This document shows, one piece after another, positions 48,433 through 58,380 of a stretch of 64,000 nt of DNA (its first letter is position 1; each line of letters opens with the position of its first letter). Below the pieces are notes generated by a model. The model was not told the DNA's origin and ran no database searches. It was given only the letters and a program-made list of their open reading frames with translations. This DNA comes from Myxococcota bacterium (lineage in GTDB: Bacteria > Myxococcota_A > SURF-8): assembly GCA_963674735.2 (NCBI GenBank), contig CAXXQS010000002.1, forward strand, positions 1 to 64,000, written 5' to 3'. A program made the translations under genes and the position numbers.

Positions 48433-50349
48433 CTAGTCCACTTTCTTGAAATCGGCGTCGATCACGTCGTCTTCGGGCGCGGCGGCGGCTTCCGGTTCGC
48501 CGTTGCCGGGCTGCGGACCCGCTTCCGGGCCACCGGGCTGCTGGTCGGCGGTTTGCTGATAGGCGGCCTGGGAAACCCGATGTGCCACCTGCTCCAACTC
48601 GCCTTTGAGGCGGTTGATTTCGTCCACCGACGCATTGGCTTTGACGGCCTCGCGGATGGCTGCGACCTTCTCTTCGACTTCTTTTTTATCCGCCTCGGGC
48701 ACGGCGTCGCCCATCTCGTTGACCTGCCGTTCCACGGCGTAAGCCAGCTGATCGGCCTGGTTGCGCGCCTCGATCTCCTCGCGGCGTTTCTTGTCTTCGT
48801 CGGCGTGCGCTTCGGCGTCCTTCACCATGCGATCCACGTCTTCCTCATTGAGGTTGGACGACGCCGAGATGGTGATCTTCTGTTCCTTCTGGGTTTCCTT
48901 GTCTTTGGCCGACACGTTCAGGATGCCGTTGGCGTCGATGTCGAAAGTGACTTCGATCTGCGGCATGCCGCGCGGCGCGAGACGAATGCCTTCCAGGTTG
49001 AACTGCCCCAGCAGGCGGTTGTGCGAAGCCATGTCGCGCTCGCCCTGCAGCACGCGGATGGTGACGGCGGTCTGGTTGTCGTCGGCGGTGGAGAAAACCT
49101 CGTTCTTGCGCACCGGAATGGTGGTGTTGCGCTCGATGAGCTTGGTCATCACGCCACCCAGAGTCTCGATACCGAGCGACAACGGGGTAACGTCGAGCAG
49201 CACCACATCTTTCACTTCACCCATCAAAACGCCCGCCTGCACGGCCGCGCCCATGGCGACGACTTCGTCGGGGTTGACGCCCTGGTTGGGCTCCTTGTTG
49301 GTAAGCTGGCGCACCAGATCTTTGACCGCCGGGATGCGGGTGGAACCGCCCACCAGGATCACTTCGTTGATCTGGTCGGGGGTCGTTTTCGCATCGGAGA
49401 GCGCCTGATTGACCGGTCCGCGGCAACGCTCGACCAGATCTCTGGTCAGGTCGTCGAACTGGGCGCGGTTGACGCGCGTTTCCAGGTGCTTGGGGCCGCT
49501 GGCGTCGGCGGTGATGAAGGGCAGCGAGACGGTGGTCTCGGTGGTGCTGGACAGTTCGCACTTGGCTTTTTCGGCCGCTTCGGTCAAGCGTTGCAGGGCC
49601 TGCTTGTCGCTGCGCAGGTCGATACCGTTTTCCTTTTTGAATTCGTCGGCGATGTAGTCCACCAGACGTTTGTCGAAATCGTCGCCGCCCAGGTGCGTGT
49701 CGCCCGAAGTGGACATGACTTCCACCACGTTGTCGCCGATGTCGAGCACGGAGACGTCGAAGGTGCCGCCGCCCAGATCGAACACCAGCACTTTTTCATC
49801 CTTCTGACGATTCAGACCGTAGGCCAGCGCGGCGGCGGTGGGCTCGTTGACGATGCGCAGGACGTTGAGTCCGGCGATTTTACCGGCGTCTTTGGTCGCC
49901 TGACGCTGGGAGTCGTTGAAGTAGGCCGGGACCGTCACCACCACATCGTTGATCTTCTCGCCCAGGTAGGTTTCGGCATCGGTCACCAGCTTGCGCAGCA
50001 CCTGCGCCGAGATTTCCTCGGGGGCCACCTTTTTGCCGTCGATGTCGAAGCGCACTTTGTCGCCGTTATCCTGCACGACCGGATACGGAACTTGCTTGGA
50101 TTCTTCGTCCACTTCGCCCCATTTACGGCCGACGAAACGTTTGGCCGAGAAAACGGTTCTTTCCGGGTTCATGACGGCCTGGCGTTTGGCCAGCGCGCCG
50201 ACCAGGCGTTCGCCGTCCTTGCCGAAACCGACCACCGACGGAGTGGTGCGAGCGCCTTCCGCGTTGGCGATGACGGTGGCCGCATCGCCTTCCATGACCG
50301 CAATGACGGAATTGGTGGTTCCCAAATCGATGCCGACTGCTTTTGCCAT
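48433..50349 (-). CDS. dnaK: Chaperone DnaK (Hsp70)
   Basis: [41 protein letters not shown] and a DADF C-terminus. Confidence 0.97.
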   Translation of the reverse strand: MAKAVGIDLGTTNSVIAVMEGDAATVIANAEGARTTPSVVGFGKDGERLVGALAKRQAVMNPERTVFSAKRFVGRKWGEVDEESKQVPYPVVQDNGDKVRFDIDGKKVAPEEISAQVLRKLVTDAETYLGEKINDVVVTVPAYFNDSQRQATKDAGKIAGLNVLRIVNEPTAAALAYGLNRQKDEKVLVFDLGGGTFDVSVLDIGDNVVEVMSTSGDTHLGGDDFDKRLVDYIADEFKKENGIDLRSDKQALQRLTEAAEKAKCELSSTTETTVSLPFITADASGPKHLETRVNRAQFDDLTRDLVERCRGPVNQALSDAKTTPDQINEVILVGGSTRIPAVKDLVRQLTNKEPNQGVNPDEVVAMGAAVQAGVLMGEVKDVVLLDVTPLSLGIETLGGVMTKLIERNTTIPVRKNEVFSTADDNQTAVTIRVLQGERDMASHNRLLGQFNLEGIRLAPRGMPQIEVTFDIDANGILNVSAKDKETQKEQKITISASSNLNEEDVDRMVKDAEAHADEDKKRREEIEARNQADQLAYAVERQVNEMGDAVPEADKKEVEEKVAAIREAVKANASVDEINRLKGELEQVAHRVSQAAYQQTADQQPGGPEAGPQPGNGEPEAAAAPEDDVIDADFKKVD

Positions 50350-50447
50350 TGTGTGTTCTCCTTGTCTACCGCTGTCGCGTTGTCGAAAACCTATATGTAA
50401 AATCTTCGTAAAGAGCGAATTTCGTTTCGATATCGCCGTTCGGGAGT

Positions 50448-50625
50448 AAAGTAAGGCCGAACCGGCACTTGTCAAGGGCCGGAGCGAGAAAAGCGCCGGA
50501 AAGCCTTCGAGGTTTCTGGCGCAGCCGTGGGGCGGGACAAGCCGCTCTGAAATTGGTAAATCATCCAACTATTTCATGGATTTAAACCCTCGACGGCTTG
50601 ACAAGCGATCTTTCGGACTTATTCT
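50448..50625. promoter_or_regulatory. Mirror-image divergent promoters for dnaK and grpE
   Basis: Minus strand CTTGACAAGtgccggTTCGGcCTTActt (50476-50449). Plus strand CTTGACAAGcgatctTTCGGaCTTAttc (50597-50624). Confidence 0.6.
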
Positions 50626-50698
50626 TAGCTTCGGGATACGGCGCGACCGATGGGCGGCGTCGAACGAAAGTCAATTTTTTCAGAAACCGAGAGAGACG

Positions 50699-51352
50699 AT
50701 GAAGATTCCAATCGAAACAGGCGAACGGAAACCGGCAACGAACCCGGGGGACGAAACCCCGGAATCCGATATGAATACCGAGGGCACGCCACAGGCCGCG
50801 GATGACGCGAGCGTAAAAGCGACCGAAGCTGAGCTCGAATCCGATTCGGAAGTGGACGACGAGCCCGAAAGCGAGAGCGAACCGGAAGCTGAACCCGAGT
50901 CCGAACCGGAGCCGGAGCCGGAGCCCGAAATCGATTGGCAGGATCGCTGCCTGCGAGCGATGGCCGAGCTGGAAAACGTACAGAAAACCGTCCCCAAACG
51001 CATCGACCAAGGGATATTCTGGTTCAAGAAAGATCTTTTCGGGCGTCTGCTGGATCTGGCCGACGGCTTCGAGCGCGCCTTGGCGCAAGGGGGAGATGAG
51101 GATAACAGCTGGCGGCAGGGTGTGGAATCGTTGCAGCGTATCTTGCTGGAAGTCTTCGAAAAATCCGGCTTGACGACCGTTTCCGGAGAAGGCGAGCCCT
51201 TCGATCCGACGCGCCACGAGGTGGTGGCGGCGGTGCCGCAGCCCGAGGTTGAGGACGGCCGGATAATCGCCGTCCAGCGCCGCGGCTGGATGCTGGGCGA
51301 GCAGTTGTTACGTCCCGCCCAGGTGGTCGTAGCCAAAAACGCAAATGAATGA
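50699..51352 (+). CDS. grpE: Nucleotide exchange factor GrpE
   Basis: RAMAELENV, DGFERAL, FDPTRHEVV and GWMLGEQLLRPAQVVV. Confidence 0.9.
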   Translation: MKIPIETGERKPATNPGDETPESDMNTEGTPQAADDASVKATEAELESDSEVDDEPESESEPEAEPESEPEPEPEPEIDWQDRCLRAMAELENVQKTVPKRIDQGIFWFKKDLFGRLLDLADGFERALAQGGDEDNSWRQGVESLQRILLEVFEKSGLTTVSGEGEPFDPTRHEVVAAVPQPEVEDGRIIAVQRRGWMLGEQLLRPAQVVVAKNANE

Positions 51353-51401
51353 GCTGGATTTCTAACGAGCCGGGCCGCTTGACGGCAGGCAGGTGAAGAA
51401 C

Positions 51402-52368
51402 ATGCAGTATATCGATTACTACAAAGTGCTGGGCATCGAGCGATCCGCCAGTCAGCAAGAAGTCAACAAGGCTTTTCGCAAGCTGGCGCGCAAATACCAT
51501 CCCGACGTCAATAAAGATGCCGGGGCCGAGGATCGTTTCAAGGAAGTCAACGAGGCCTACGAGGTCTTGAAAGATCCGGAAAAACGCAAGCGTTACGATG
51601 CGTTAGGCGCAAATTGGAAGGCGGGTGACGCCTTTCAGGCTCCGCCGGGCTTCGAGGGCATGCACTTCAACTTCGGGGGCGGACGCGGCGGTGGTTTTCG
51701 CAGCAGCGGCGGCGGCTTTTCCGACTTTTTCTCCTCGATGTTCGCCGGCATGAACGGCGGCGGCGCGGCCGGCATGAACGGCGCTTTCGACATCAACGAT
51801 CTGTTCGGCCATGGGGGCGCGGGTGCATCCGGTCGGCGTCCGGCGCGGGGGCAGAACCTGCGCACCGATTTGACGGTAAGCCTGGAGGACGCCTTCCACG
51901 GGGCGAAAAAAAATATCAGCCTGCAACACAGCGACGGTCGGACGCGTCAATACGACATCGGCATTCCCAAGGGAATTCGCGACGGGCAGTCGATCCGCCT
52001 GGCGGGCGAAGGCGGCAACGGCGCGGGAGCGGCGGGCGATCTGTTGATTACGGTAAAGCTGGCCCCGCATCCGCAGTTCACTCCCAAGGGCGACGATCTG
52101 GAGACGACGGTTCCGCTGGCCCCCTATCAGGCGGCTTTGGGTGGAGCGGTGCGCATTCCCACCTTGGACGGCGAGGTGGAGATGACGCTGCCTCCGGGGG
52201 TGTCGTCGGGTGCGCGGCTGCGGCTCAAGGAACGCGGCTGGCCGACCAAAAGCGGCGGTCATGGCGACCTCTACGCCATCATCAAAATCGTCCCTGCCCA
52301 AAACCCTCACGGACGCCGAGCGCGCGCTCTACGAACAATTGCGCGATCTGGCGGAAGACGACGTGTAG
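51402..52368 (+). CDS. cbpA: CbpA-like J-domain co-chaperone without zinc finger, with an apparent 1-nt insertion frameshift near 52292
   Basis: J-domain DYYKVLG...YHPD, G/F region and a DnaJ_C domain. The native-looking end [25 protein letters not shown] is in a shifted frame. Confidence 0.85.
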
Positions 52369-52430
52369 GCTTCCATCCCAAGCCACACTCCGTCATGTTG
52401 GAGCGTGGCTGCGACGGGCTCGCGGCTTCG
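52340..52430 (+). repeat. Segment duplicated in inverted orientation at 60613-60728
   Basis: 34/38 identity for 52340-52377 versus the reverse complement of 60691-60728, plus a shared GGAGCGYGGCTGCGAC...CGCGGCTTCG. Confidence 0.75.
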
Positions 52431-52468
52431 TGCATGTGTGACCAATCGGCCGGGTAGTACTGATTCAT

Positions 52469-52499
52469 GGGTGGCATAGTCTCACTGTCGAAGACGGGG
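52469..52499 (+). repeat. GGGTGGC-class REP-like motif
   Basis: gggtggcatagtctcactgtcgaagacgggg, 29/31 identical to the reverse complement of 19875-19905. Confidence 0.7.
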
Positions 52500-52633
52500 G
52501 CTGTGTGTATTTAAATGAAGATTCGATATCTCTATCCCCATACCTCGTATCGGAGCGCGGCTGCGACAGGCTCCAGACCTTACGGTTTTTACGACTCATC
52601 GCTTTTTATCCCCTTTCCCTGTAAGCCCCAACG

Positions 52634-52663
52634 AAAAAAACGGCCGCCCGCAGGCGACCGTTT
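52634..52663 (-). terminator. Terminator of the CoA-transferase gene
   Basis: A7 tract plus cggccgcc-cgca-ggcgaccg. Confidence 0.6.
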
Positions 52664-52692
52664 CAGCTTGAATCGACTCGGCGTAACCGCGA

Positions 52693-54393
52693 TCAGTCGG
52701 GCCAGGACAGCTTGAAGTTCTCGCCGGTGACGATGGACCGCTCCACCACGTCCACCTGGCCGTCTTCCGGCAACAGGATCGTGGCCTTGCTCACCGCGAT
52801 GATGTCTTTCTCGATATCGACACCCGGCATGACCTTGATCAGCAGCAGCCCCTGCTCGGTCAGCTTGAACACACCCACGTTGCTGACATAATAAACCTGC
52901 TTGCCTGCCTTGAGCGCTTCCTTGCCGCTGAAAGTGATCTGGTCCACCTTCTCGATGAATTTGCACTTGCCCGGCTGATCGATGACCAGTTGGCCGTCGC
53001 TGAGCGACATCTTCGCGCCGTCCATCCACTTGCCGGTGAAGATGATGGTTTTTGCGCCTTCCACGATGTTGGGGAAACCGCCCGGTCCCACGTAATCGAG
53101 CATGCGCGGACCGCGTTTGCTGACGTTGACGTTGCCCTCGCTGTCCACCTGCAGATAGCCCAAGACCGCAATGCTGAGCTTTTCGCGATAAAGCTTGAAC
53201 ATCCAGGAGCTCGGCTCGATGCGTTCGGGGTTGATGGCCGCGCCGAAGAAAATACCGGGCGTGGGCAGTCCACCGAAGACACCGGTTTCCGAAGTGAATT
53301 TCAGGTCGGTGTAGAGGCCGCTTTCGTACAACAGGCGGCAGACTTCTTCCGGCAGACCCACACCGATATTGATGATGTCGCCGCGCTTGGCCGCCTGGGT
53401 GAACAACGACGAGGCCAGCCGCGCCAGGGCATTTTCCACCGGACCGCGCAGGGGCGTGATCTTCAGGATGCCGTTGGCGAATTTCAGCATGTCGACGGCG
53501 CGCTGCGTGTCCACGTTGCCGCCCACGGCCAGCATGGGCCAGTATTTGCGCTGCGACACCGAACCGGTCTGCTCGTTGCGCGGGTTGACGACGATCTTGT
53601 CCACATATTTGGCTTCGAGGCTGATCTCGGCCTCGTTTTTGGGAATGATGTCGCACACCGCCGCCATGACCAGCCCGCCGTTGTGGTGCGCCGCTTTGGC
53701 GGTCTGCACGTTTTCGGTAATGGTGCTGGCGTGCTTGAAATACAGGTTGCCCTCGCTGTCGGCATAGGGGCAGGAGAACAGCGCCACCTCGACCTTCGGC
53801 AGGTGGTAGGCCAGTTTGTCGCCGCGTGCCTCCACCAGTTGCATGGTGGATGTCGGGGTGACCGGCGAGCCGGAGCCCACGCGCGGATCGAGGAAGGTAC
53901 CCACACCGGTGGTGCTTTCCAGTTCGTAGACGCCCTCGCCCTGGGATTCCAGCAACAGCGACATTTCGCCCTGGGGCAAAGTGTGAATCTCGAGATGACC
54001 GGCGTCGGCCAGTTTCAGCTGGGCCTTGGAGGTTTCCACGTGCCCGCCGATAAAGCGTGTCATCAAACCGGGGAAGTCCATTTCTTCCATGGTGCCCGGC
54101 GCGCGGCCGCGCGAGCCCTGTGCGCCCACCGAAATCCAGGTCAGGTTGCGCGGATGCTGCTCGGCCTGGAAGCGTTCCTTGATGCCCCAGAAAAAGATCG
54201 AGCAGCGCGCGTTCCCCGCCATGCCGGACGAAACGACGGTGGCGCCGTCTTCGATCAACGCGGCGGCGTCGAGCGCCGAGATGAATTTTTCGGGGTTGGC
54301 GCGCGGCGGGACGTAACTTGTGTCCCGTTTATTCCAGGTGAGACGCCAATGAATGACCTGATAAATGATCCGGGCTTTGTCGGCGATATTCAT
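52693..54393 (-). CDS. Family I CoA-transferase, fused alpha/beta (propionate CoA-transferase/YdiF-like)
   Basis: LPQG, TGVGTFLDPR, NIGVGLP, catalytic SETG, QVDSEGNVNVS, GPGGF, VDQITFSG and MPGVDIEKDI. Confidence 0.88.
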   Translation of the reverse strand: MNIADKARIIYQVIHWRLTWNKRDTSYVPPRANPEKFISALDAAALIEDGATVVSSGMAGNARCSIFFWGIKERFQAEQHPRNLTWISVGAQGSRGRAPGTMEEMDFPGLMTRFIGGHVETSKAQLKLADAGHLEIHTLPQGEMSLLLESQGEGVYELESTTGVGTFLDPRVGSGSPVTPTSTMQLVEARGDKLAYHLPKVEVALFSCPYADSEGNLYFKHASTITENVQTAKAAHHNGGLVMAAVCDIIPKNEAEISLEAKYVDKIVVNPRNEQTGSVSQRKYWPMLAVGGNVDTQRAVDMLKFANGILKITPLRGPVENALARLASSLFTQAAKRGDIINIGVGLPEEVCRLLYESGLYTDLKFTSETGVFGGLPTPGIFFGAAINPERIEPSSWMFKLYREKLSIAVLGYLQVDSEGNVNVSKRGPRMLDYVGPGGFPNIVEGAKTIIFTGKWMDGAKMSLSDGQLVIDQPGKCKFIEKVDQITFSGKEALKAGKQVYYVSNVGVFKLTEQGLLLIKVMPGVDIEKDIIAVSKATILLPEDGQVDVVERSIVTGENFKLSWPD

Positions 54394-54671
54394 GAGCCTT
54401 CCTTTCCGCGAGAGCTGTGCGACCCGCTTGGGCGTGAACGCGATTCCAACTCGGAGTGATCCACCGCAATCATGAGAAATTCCACATGGCCATACCGCGC
54501 ATGCGATATTCTTTTATCATCGAATTTTGGAATTGCGTACCTTTTTTTTCGTATTCGCCGCGATAGTGAAAAGCGGGAGACAGGCGTGTGAAAAGATTGA
54601 CGGACAGGGCCAAAAGGTTGTAAATAAATGAGATTCGGTTGAATACTCACTCACCTTCGCCGGGAGATGAC

Positions 54672-55769
54672 ATGCGCAAATCTTACATCGCCGAGCAGAA
54701 GACCAAGCATGGACGGACCATTCTGGCCGTTTTGCCGATTCTGTATCCGAAAGAGATTCTCACCGCCATGAACGTGCTGGCAGTCGAGGTGTGGGGGCCT
54801 CCCGGTCCTCCGCGCGGGGACGATGCGGGCCGCATTCAAACCTACGTGTGCCCGCTAGTGCGCAACGCCATCGCTTTTCTCGCCGCCGAAGGCATCGAAG
54901 CGGTGGACGGCGTGTTGTTTCCGCACACCTGCGATTCCATCCAGGGATTGGCCACGCAGTTGCCGGACCTGGCCACGTGGCCGAGCAAACCCTTGCACTT
55001 CATCCATCCGAAAGGCGAGGAACGCAAGAGCACCCGCAAGTACCTCAAGCTCGAAATGCGCAGCCTGGCCACGGACCTCGAATCCGTCACGGGTGAGGCG
55101 CTGGATCTCGACAAGCTGGTATGGGCCATTCAACTGCATCGCGAAATCGATGCGATGCGCGCCGAACTGACCGCCAAACGGCGGTATTGCCGCCTCAACG
55201 ACCGGGAACTCTACACGCTTTTGCGGCGCGGAGAATTTCTGTGGCCGGAAGATCACCTGAACGAGTTGAAACAGGCGGTGGCGGAGCTCTCCGCCGAACC
55301 GGTGCAAACCGGCGTGCCGGTGATGATCAGCGGGATCGTACCCGAGCCCATGTCGCTGTTCGACAACCTCAACGAGGCCGGGGCCTATGTCGCGGCCGAT
55401 GACTATGCGGCGATCGGGCGGCGGGTCGTGCGCCACTCGCTCGATACCATCGGCGATCCGTTCGAAGCGTTGGCGGATCTCTATTTCAAAACACCCCCCT
55501 GCTCCACGCGCTCCGGATCGATGGCCAAACGCCGCGATTTTCTGGATGCCCTCTACCGCGAGTGCGGAGCCAAGGGGCTGGTGCTGCACAACATCAAATT
55601 CTGCGAACCGGAACTCTTCGATATTCCCCACATCCGCAAGCATTTCAGCGACCGCAACATCCCGGTGCTCTACATGGAGAGCGAGATGGAAACCGAGTTG
55701 GCCGGGCAGGCGGTGACGCGTCTGGAAGCCTTCGTGGAAATGGCGTCGAACCACAGGAGCCACGCATGA
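54672..55769 (+). CDS. 2-hydroxyacyl-CoA dehydratase subunit (HgdB/HadC-like)
   Basis: YVCP, HTCDS, PCS, KFCEP and TRLEAF motifs. Confidence 0.85.
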   Translation: MRKSYIAEQKTKHGRTILAVLPILYPKEILTAMNVLAVEVWGPPGPPRGDDAGRIQTYVCPLVRNAIAFLAAEGIEAVDGVLFPHTCDSIQGLATQLPDLATWPSKPLHFIHPKGEERKSTRKYLKLEMRSLATDLESVTGEALDLDKLVWAIQLHREIDAMRAELTAKRRYCRLNDRELYTLLRRGEFLWPEDHLNELKQAVAELSAEPVQTGVPVMISGIVPEPMSLFDNLNEAGAYVAADDYAAIGRRVVRHSLDTIGDPFEALADLYFKTPPCSTRSGSMAKRRDFLDALYRECGAKGLVLHNIKFCEPELFDIPHIRKHFSDRNIPVLYMESEMETELAGQAVTRLEAFVEMASNHRSHA

Positions 55770-57085
55770 TCACGCGACGACTGCAATTCGAATTGGCCGG
55801 GCACGTACTCGGTCCGGCTTTGATGGCCTACGACCGTTGGAACAGCGAGCGACGCGCCAAAAAGCGCAAACCGCGCGACACGCCCTTCGGCCCCGGATTG
55901 GAAAGTGCGAAGAAGCTGAAAGAAATCATGACGATGCACTATTTCCAGGGACGCTACGCCGATGGCGCGGTGCCCGTGGCCTGGGTGACCAGCGGCTTTC
56001 CTTCGGAAGTTTTGCGCATTCTGGGTTACTACGTCATCTACCCGGAAAATCACGCGGCCCTGTGCGGAGCCAAACGTCAGGTGCCCGAGATTTCGGAGGC
56101 CGCCGAGCAGTTCGGTTACGCCCGCGATCTGTGCAGCTACGCGCGTACCGACATCGGCAACGTGCTCAAGAACAATACGCCGGTGGGACGGTTGCCCAAG
56201 CCCGACCTGCTGTGCTGCTGCACCAACATCTGCCAATCGGTGCTTTACTGGTACCGCGCCCTGGCGGAACATATGAACGTGCCGCTGGTTCTGGTGGATA
56301 CGCCGTTTATTTACGGCGACATGAAAGATCACCATGTGGACTACGTGAAGGACCAGCTTGAAGAACTGATCGCGGTGGCCGAGGAGGTCAGCGGCAAGCA
56401 CGTCACCCAGGAAAAGCTGGTGGACGTCATGACGCTGGCGCTCGAAGGCTCCAACCTGTGGGGCCAATGTCTGGAAATCGCGCGCGCCAAACCGTCGCCC
56501 TGGACCGGCTTCGATACCTTTTTCCACATCGCTCCCATCGTCAGCATTCGCGGCACCAAGGAGTGCACGGCCTACTACCGCCTGCTGAAAGACGAATTGG
56601 AAGACCGCGTGGCCAAGGGCATCGGCGGCATCAAGAACGAGCAATACCGCCTGCTGTGGGACAATCTGCCGATCTGGTTCAACGTGCGCGAACTGGCCAC
56701 CCTGTTCGCCGAACGCGGCTTCAACTTCGTTTGCGCCACCTATTCGAACGCCTGGGCCGAGGCGGGCCGCCTGATGGCTCCGCAAAATCCCATCGCGTCG
56801 GCCGCCAAGGCCTATATGATGGTTTACCTCAACCGCGACTTGTCCAACCGCCTCGAAACCATGAAGGCCTTGGCCAAGGAATACGACGTGCAGGGGGCGG
56901 TGCTGCATTCCGATCGTTCCTGCAAGCCCTATTCCGTGGGTCAGATCGACGTCAAGCGCCGCCTGTCCGAAGACATCGGCATCAAGGCGCTGGTGCTGGA
57001 GGCCGACCACAACGACCCGCGTCTGTATTCGGAAGAACAAGGCACCACCCGCCTGCAAGCATTTATGGAGAGTTTCAGTGAGTAG
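55766..57085 (+). CDS. 2-hydroxyacyl-CoA dehydratase subunit (HgdA/HadB-like)
   Basis: YPENH, DLCSYAR, PKPDLL, NICQ, RSCK and TRLQAF. ATGA overlap with the upstream gene. Confidence 0.85.
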   Translation: MITRRLQFELAGHVLGPALMAYDRWNSERRAKKRKPRDTPFGPGLESAKKLKEIMTMHYFQGRYADGAVPVAWVTSGFPSEVLRILGYYVIYPENHAALCGAKRQVPEISEAAEQFGYARDLCSYARTDIGNVLKNNTPVGRLPKPDLLCCCTNICQSVLYWYRALAEHMNVPLVLVDTPFIYGDMKDHHVDYVKDQLEELIAVAEEVSGKHVTQEKLVDVMTLALEGSNLWGQCLEIARAKPSPWTGFDTFFHIAPIVSIRGTKECTAYYRLLKDELEDRVAKGIGGIKNEQYRLLWDNLPIWFNVRELATLFAERGFNFVCATYSNAWAEAGRLMAPQNPIASAAKAYMMVYLNRDLSNRLETMKALAKEYDVQGAVLHSDRSCKPYSVGQIDVKRRLSEDIGIKALVLEADHNDPRLYSEEQGTTRLQAFMESFSE

Positions 57086-57842
57086 TCCACACGCCATCGG
57101 CGTCGATATCGGAAGCACCACCTGGAAAGCGGTCGTCATCGATGCCGCCGGAAACATGTTGACCCATCGTATCGAGGCGACCGATCCGCTGATCGATGCA
57201 CAAACCGTCCGCGTTCTCGATGAATTGCGCGCCGATTGCGGAGCGCCCGCCGATATCCCGGTGGCTGCCACCGGCTACGGGCGCAAGCGCGTCAAAGCCA
57301 CGCGCGTGCTCACCGAAATCACCTGCCACGCCAAGGGGGCTTTTCACCACCTGAAACGGGCCGGGGTGTTGATCGACATCGGCGGGCAGGACACCAAGGT
57401 CATCCACATCGGGGCGGCCGGTGAAGTGATGGACTTTCACATGAACGACAAATGCGCGGCCGGGACCGGCCGTTTCCTGGAAGTCATCCTGGCGCGGCTC
57501 AAGGTACCGCTGGACGAGATCGGTCCCCGAGTGGCGCAGGCCACGCGTGCCGTACCGGTGTCGAGCACCTGTACCGTCTTCGCCGAGAGCGAGGTGGTGT
57601 CGCTGGTCGCCCAGGGCGAGGATGTAAACAACATCGTCAAGGGCATCCTGCAATCGCTGGCTTCGCGTGTTACGGCCCTGGCCGGTGCGCTGCCCAAAGA
57701 TCTCGAATTGATGATGAGCGGCGGTGTGGCACTCAACCCGGCCATGGTGGCGGCGTTGTCGGAAGGCGCACGGCGTCCGCTGACGGTCTTGCCCGAGCCG
57801 CAGTTGGTGGGGGCGTTGGGCGCGGCTCTGTCCGTACGCTGA
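57078..57842 (+). CDS. Acyl-CoA dehydratase activator ATPase (HgdC/HadI-like, [4Fe-4S])
   Basis: GVDIGSTT, ATGYGR, EITCH, DIGGQD, NDKCAAGTG, STCTVFAESE and GALGAA. Confidence 0.92.
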   Translation: MSSPHAIGVDIGSTTWKAVVIDAAGNMLTHRIEATDPLIDAQTVRVLDELRADCGAPADIPVAATGYGRKRVKATRVLTEITCHAKGAFHHLKRAGVLIDIGGQDTKVIHIGAAGEVMDFHMNDKCAAGTGRFLEVILARLKVPLDEIGPRVAQATRAVPVSSTCTVFAESEVVSLVAQGEDVNNIVKGILQSLASRVTALAGALPKDLELMMSGGVALNPAMVAALSEGARRPLTVLPEPQLVGALGAALSVR

Positions 57843-57908
57843 ACGGCGGGCGTCGTCGTCGGATCTTGTTTTATGAGTCGAGACCGAATTGAAACGGGGA
57901 GAAAAATC

Positions 57909-58256
57909 ATGAAAGCCGCGCTGTTTGCCTTCAATGGCGAGCCGATGTGTTTCGTTCACGTTCTACTCAACGCCTTCGATATGAAGGAAAAGGGTTGGGA
58001 GGTCGTCATCGTGATCGAAGGCTCCGCCACCAAGCTGGTCAAGGATTTCCACGACGATCCGTCGCTGCCCTTTGCCAAGCTGTATGCGAAGGCCGTCGCC
58101 GAGGGGCTGGTGTCCTGCGTGTGTCAGGCCTGCGCCGCCAAGATGGGCTCGAAGGCCAGCGCCGAAGAGCAGGGACTTGAACTCTGCGGCGAATTGAAAG
58201 GCCACCCCAGCATGGCGCGCTTCGAAGAAGACGGCTACCGCGTGTATACCTTCTAG
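57909..58256 (+). CDS. DsrE-like small protein
   Basis: FNGEPMCFVHVLLNA, CVCQACA and GHPS. Confidence 0.75.
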   Translation: MKAALFAFNGEPMCFVHVLLNAFDMKEKGWEVVIVIEGSATKLVKDFHDDPSLPFAKLYAKAVAEGLVSCVCQACAAKMGSKASAEEQGLELCGELKGHPSMARFEEDGYRVYTF

Positions 58257-58380
58257 GGAACGGGTTCGGTAAAGGGGGAATGGGCGAGAGGATACTCATC
58301 GTTTGGGTGGTTAGACCGTTATTTTGGCAATCAGGTAATTCATGAAACTCGAGGGGACCACCAATATGCATTGGGTGTCT

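Noticed and set aside
50350-50698. CIRCE or HAIR heat-shock operators
   Set aside because: Neither TTAGCACTC-N9-GAGTGCTAA nor CTTGAGT-N7-ACTCAAG is present.
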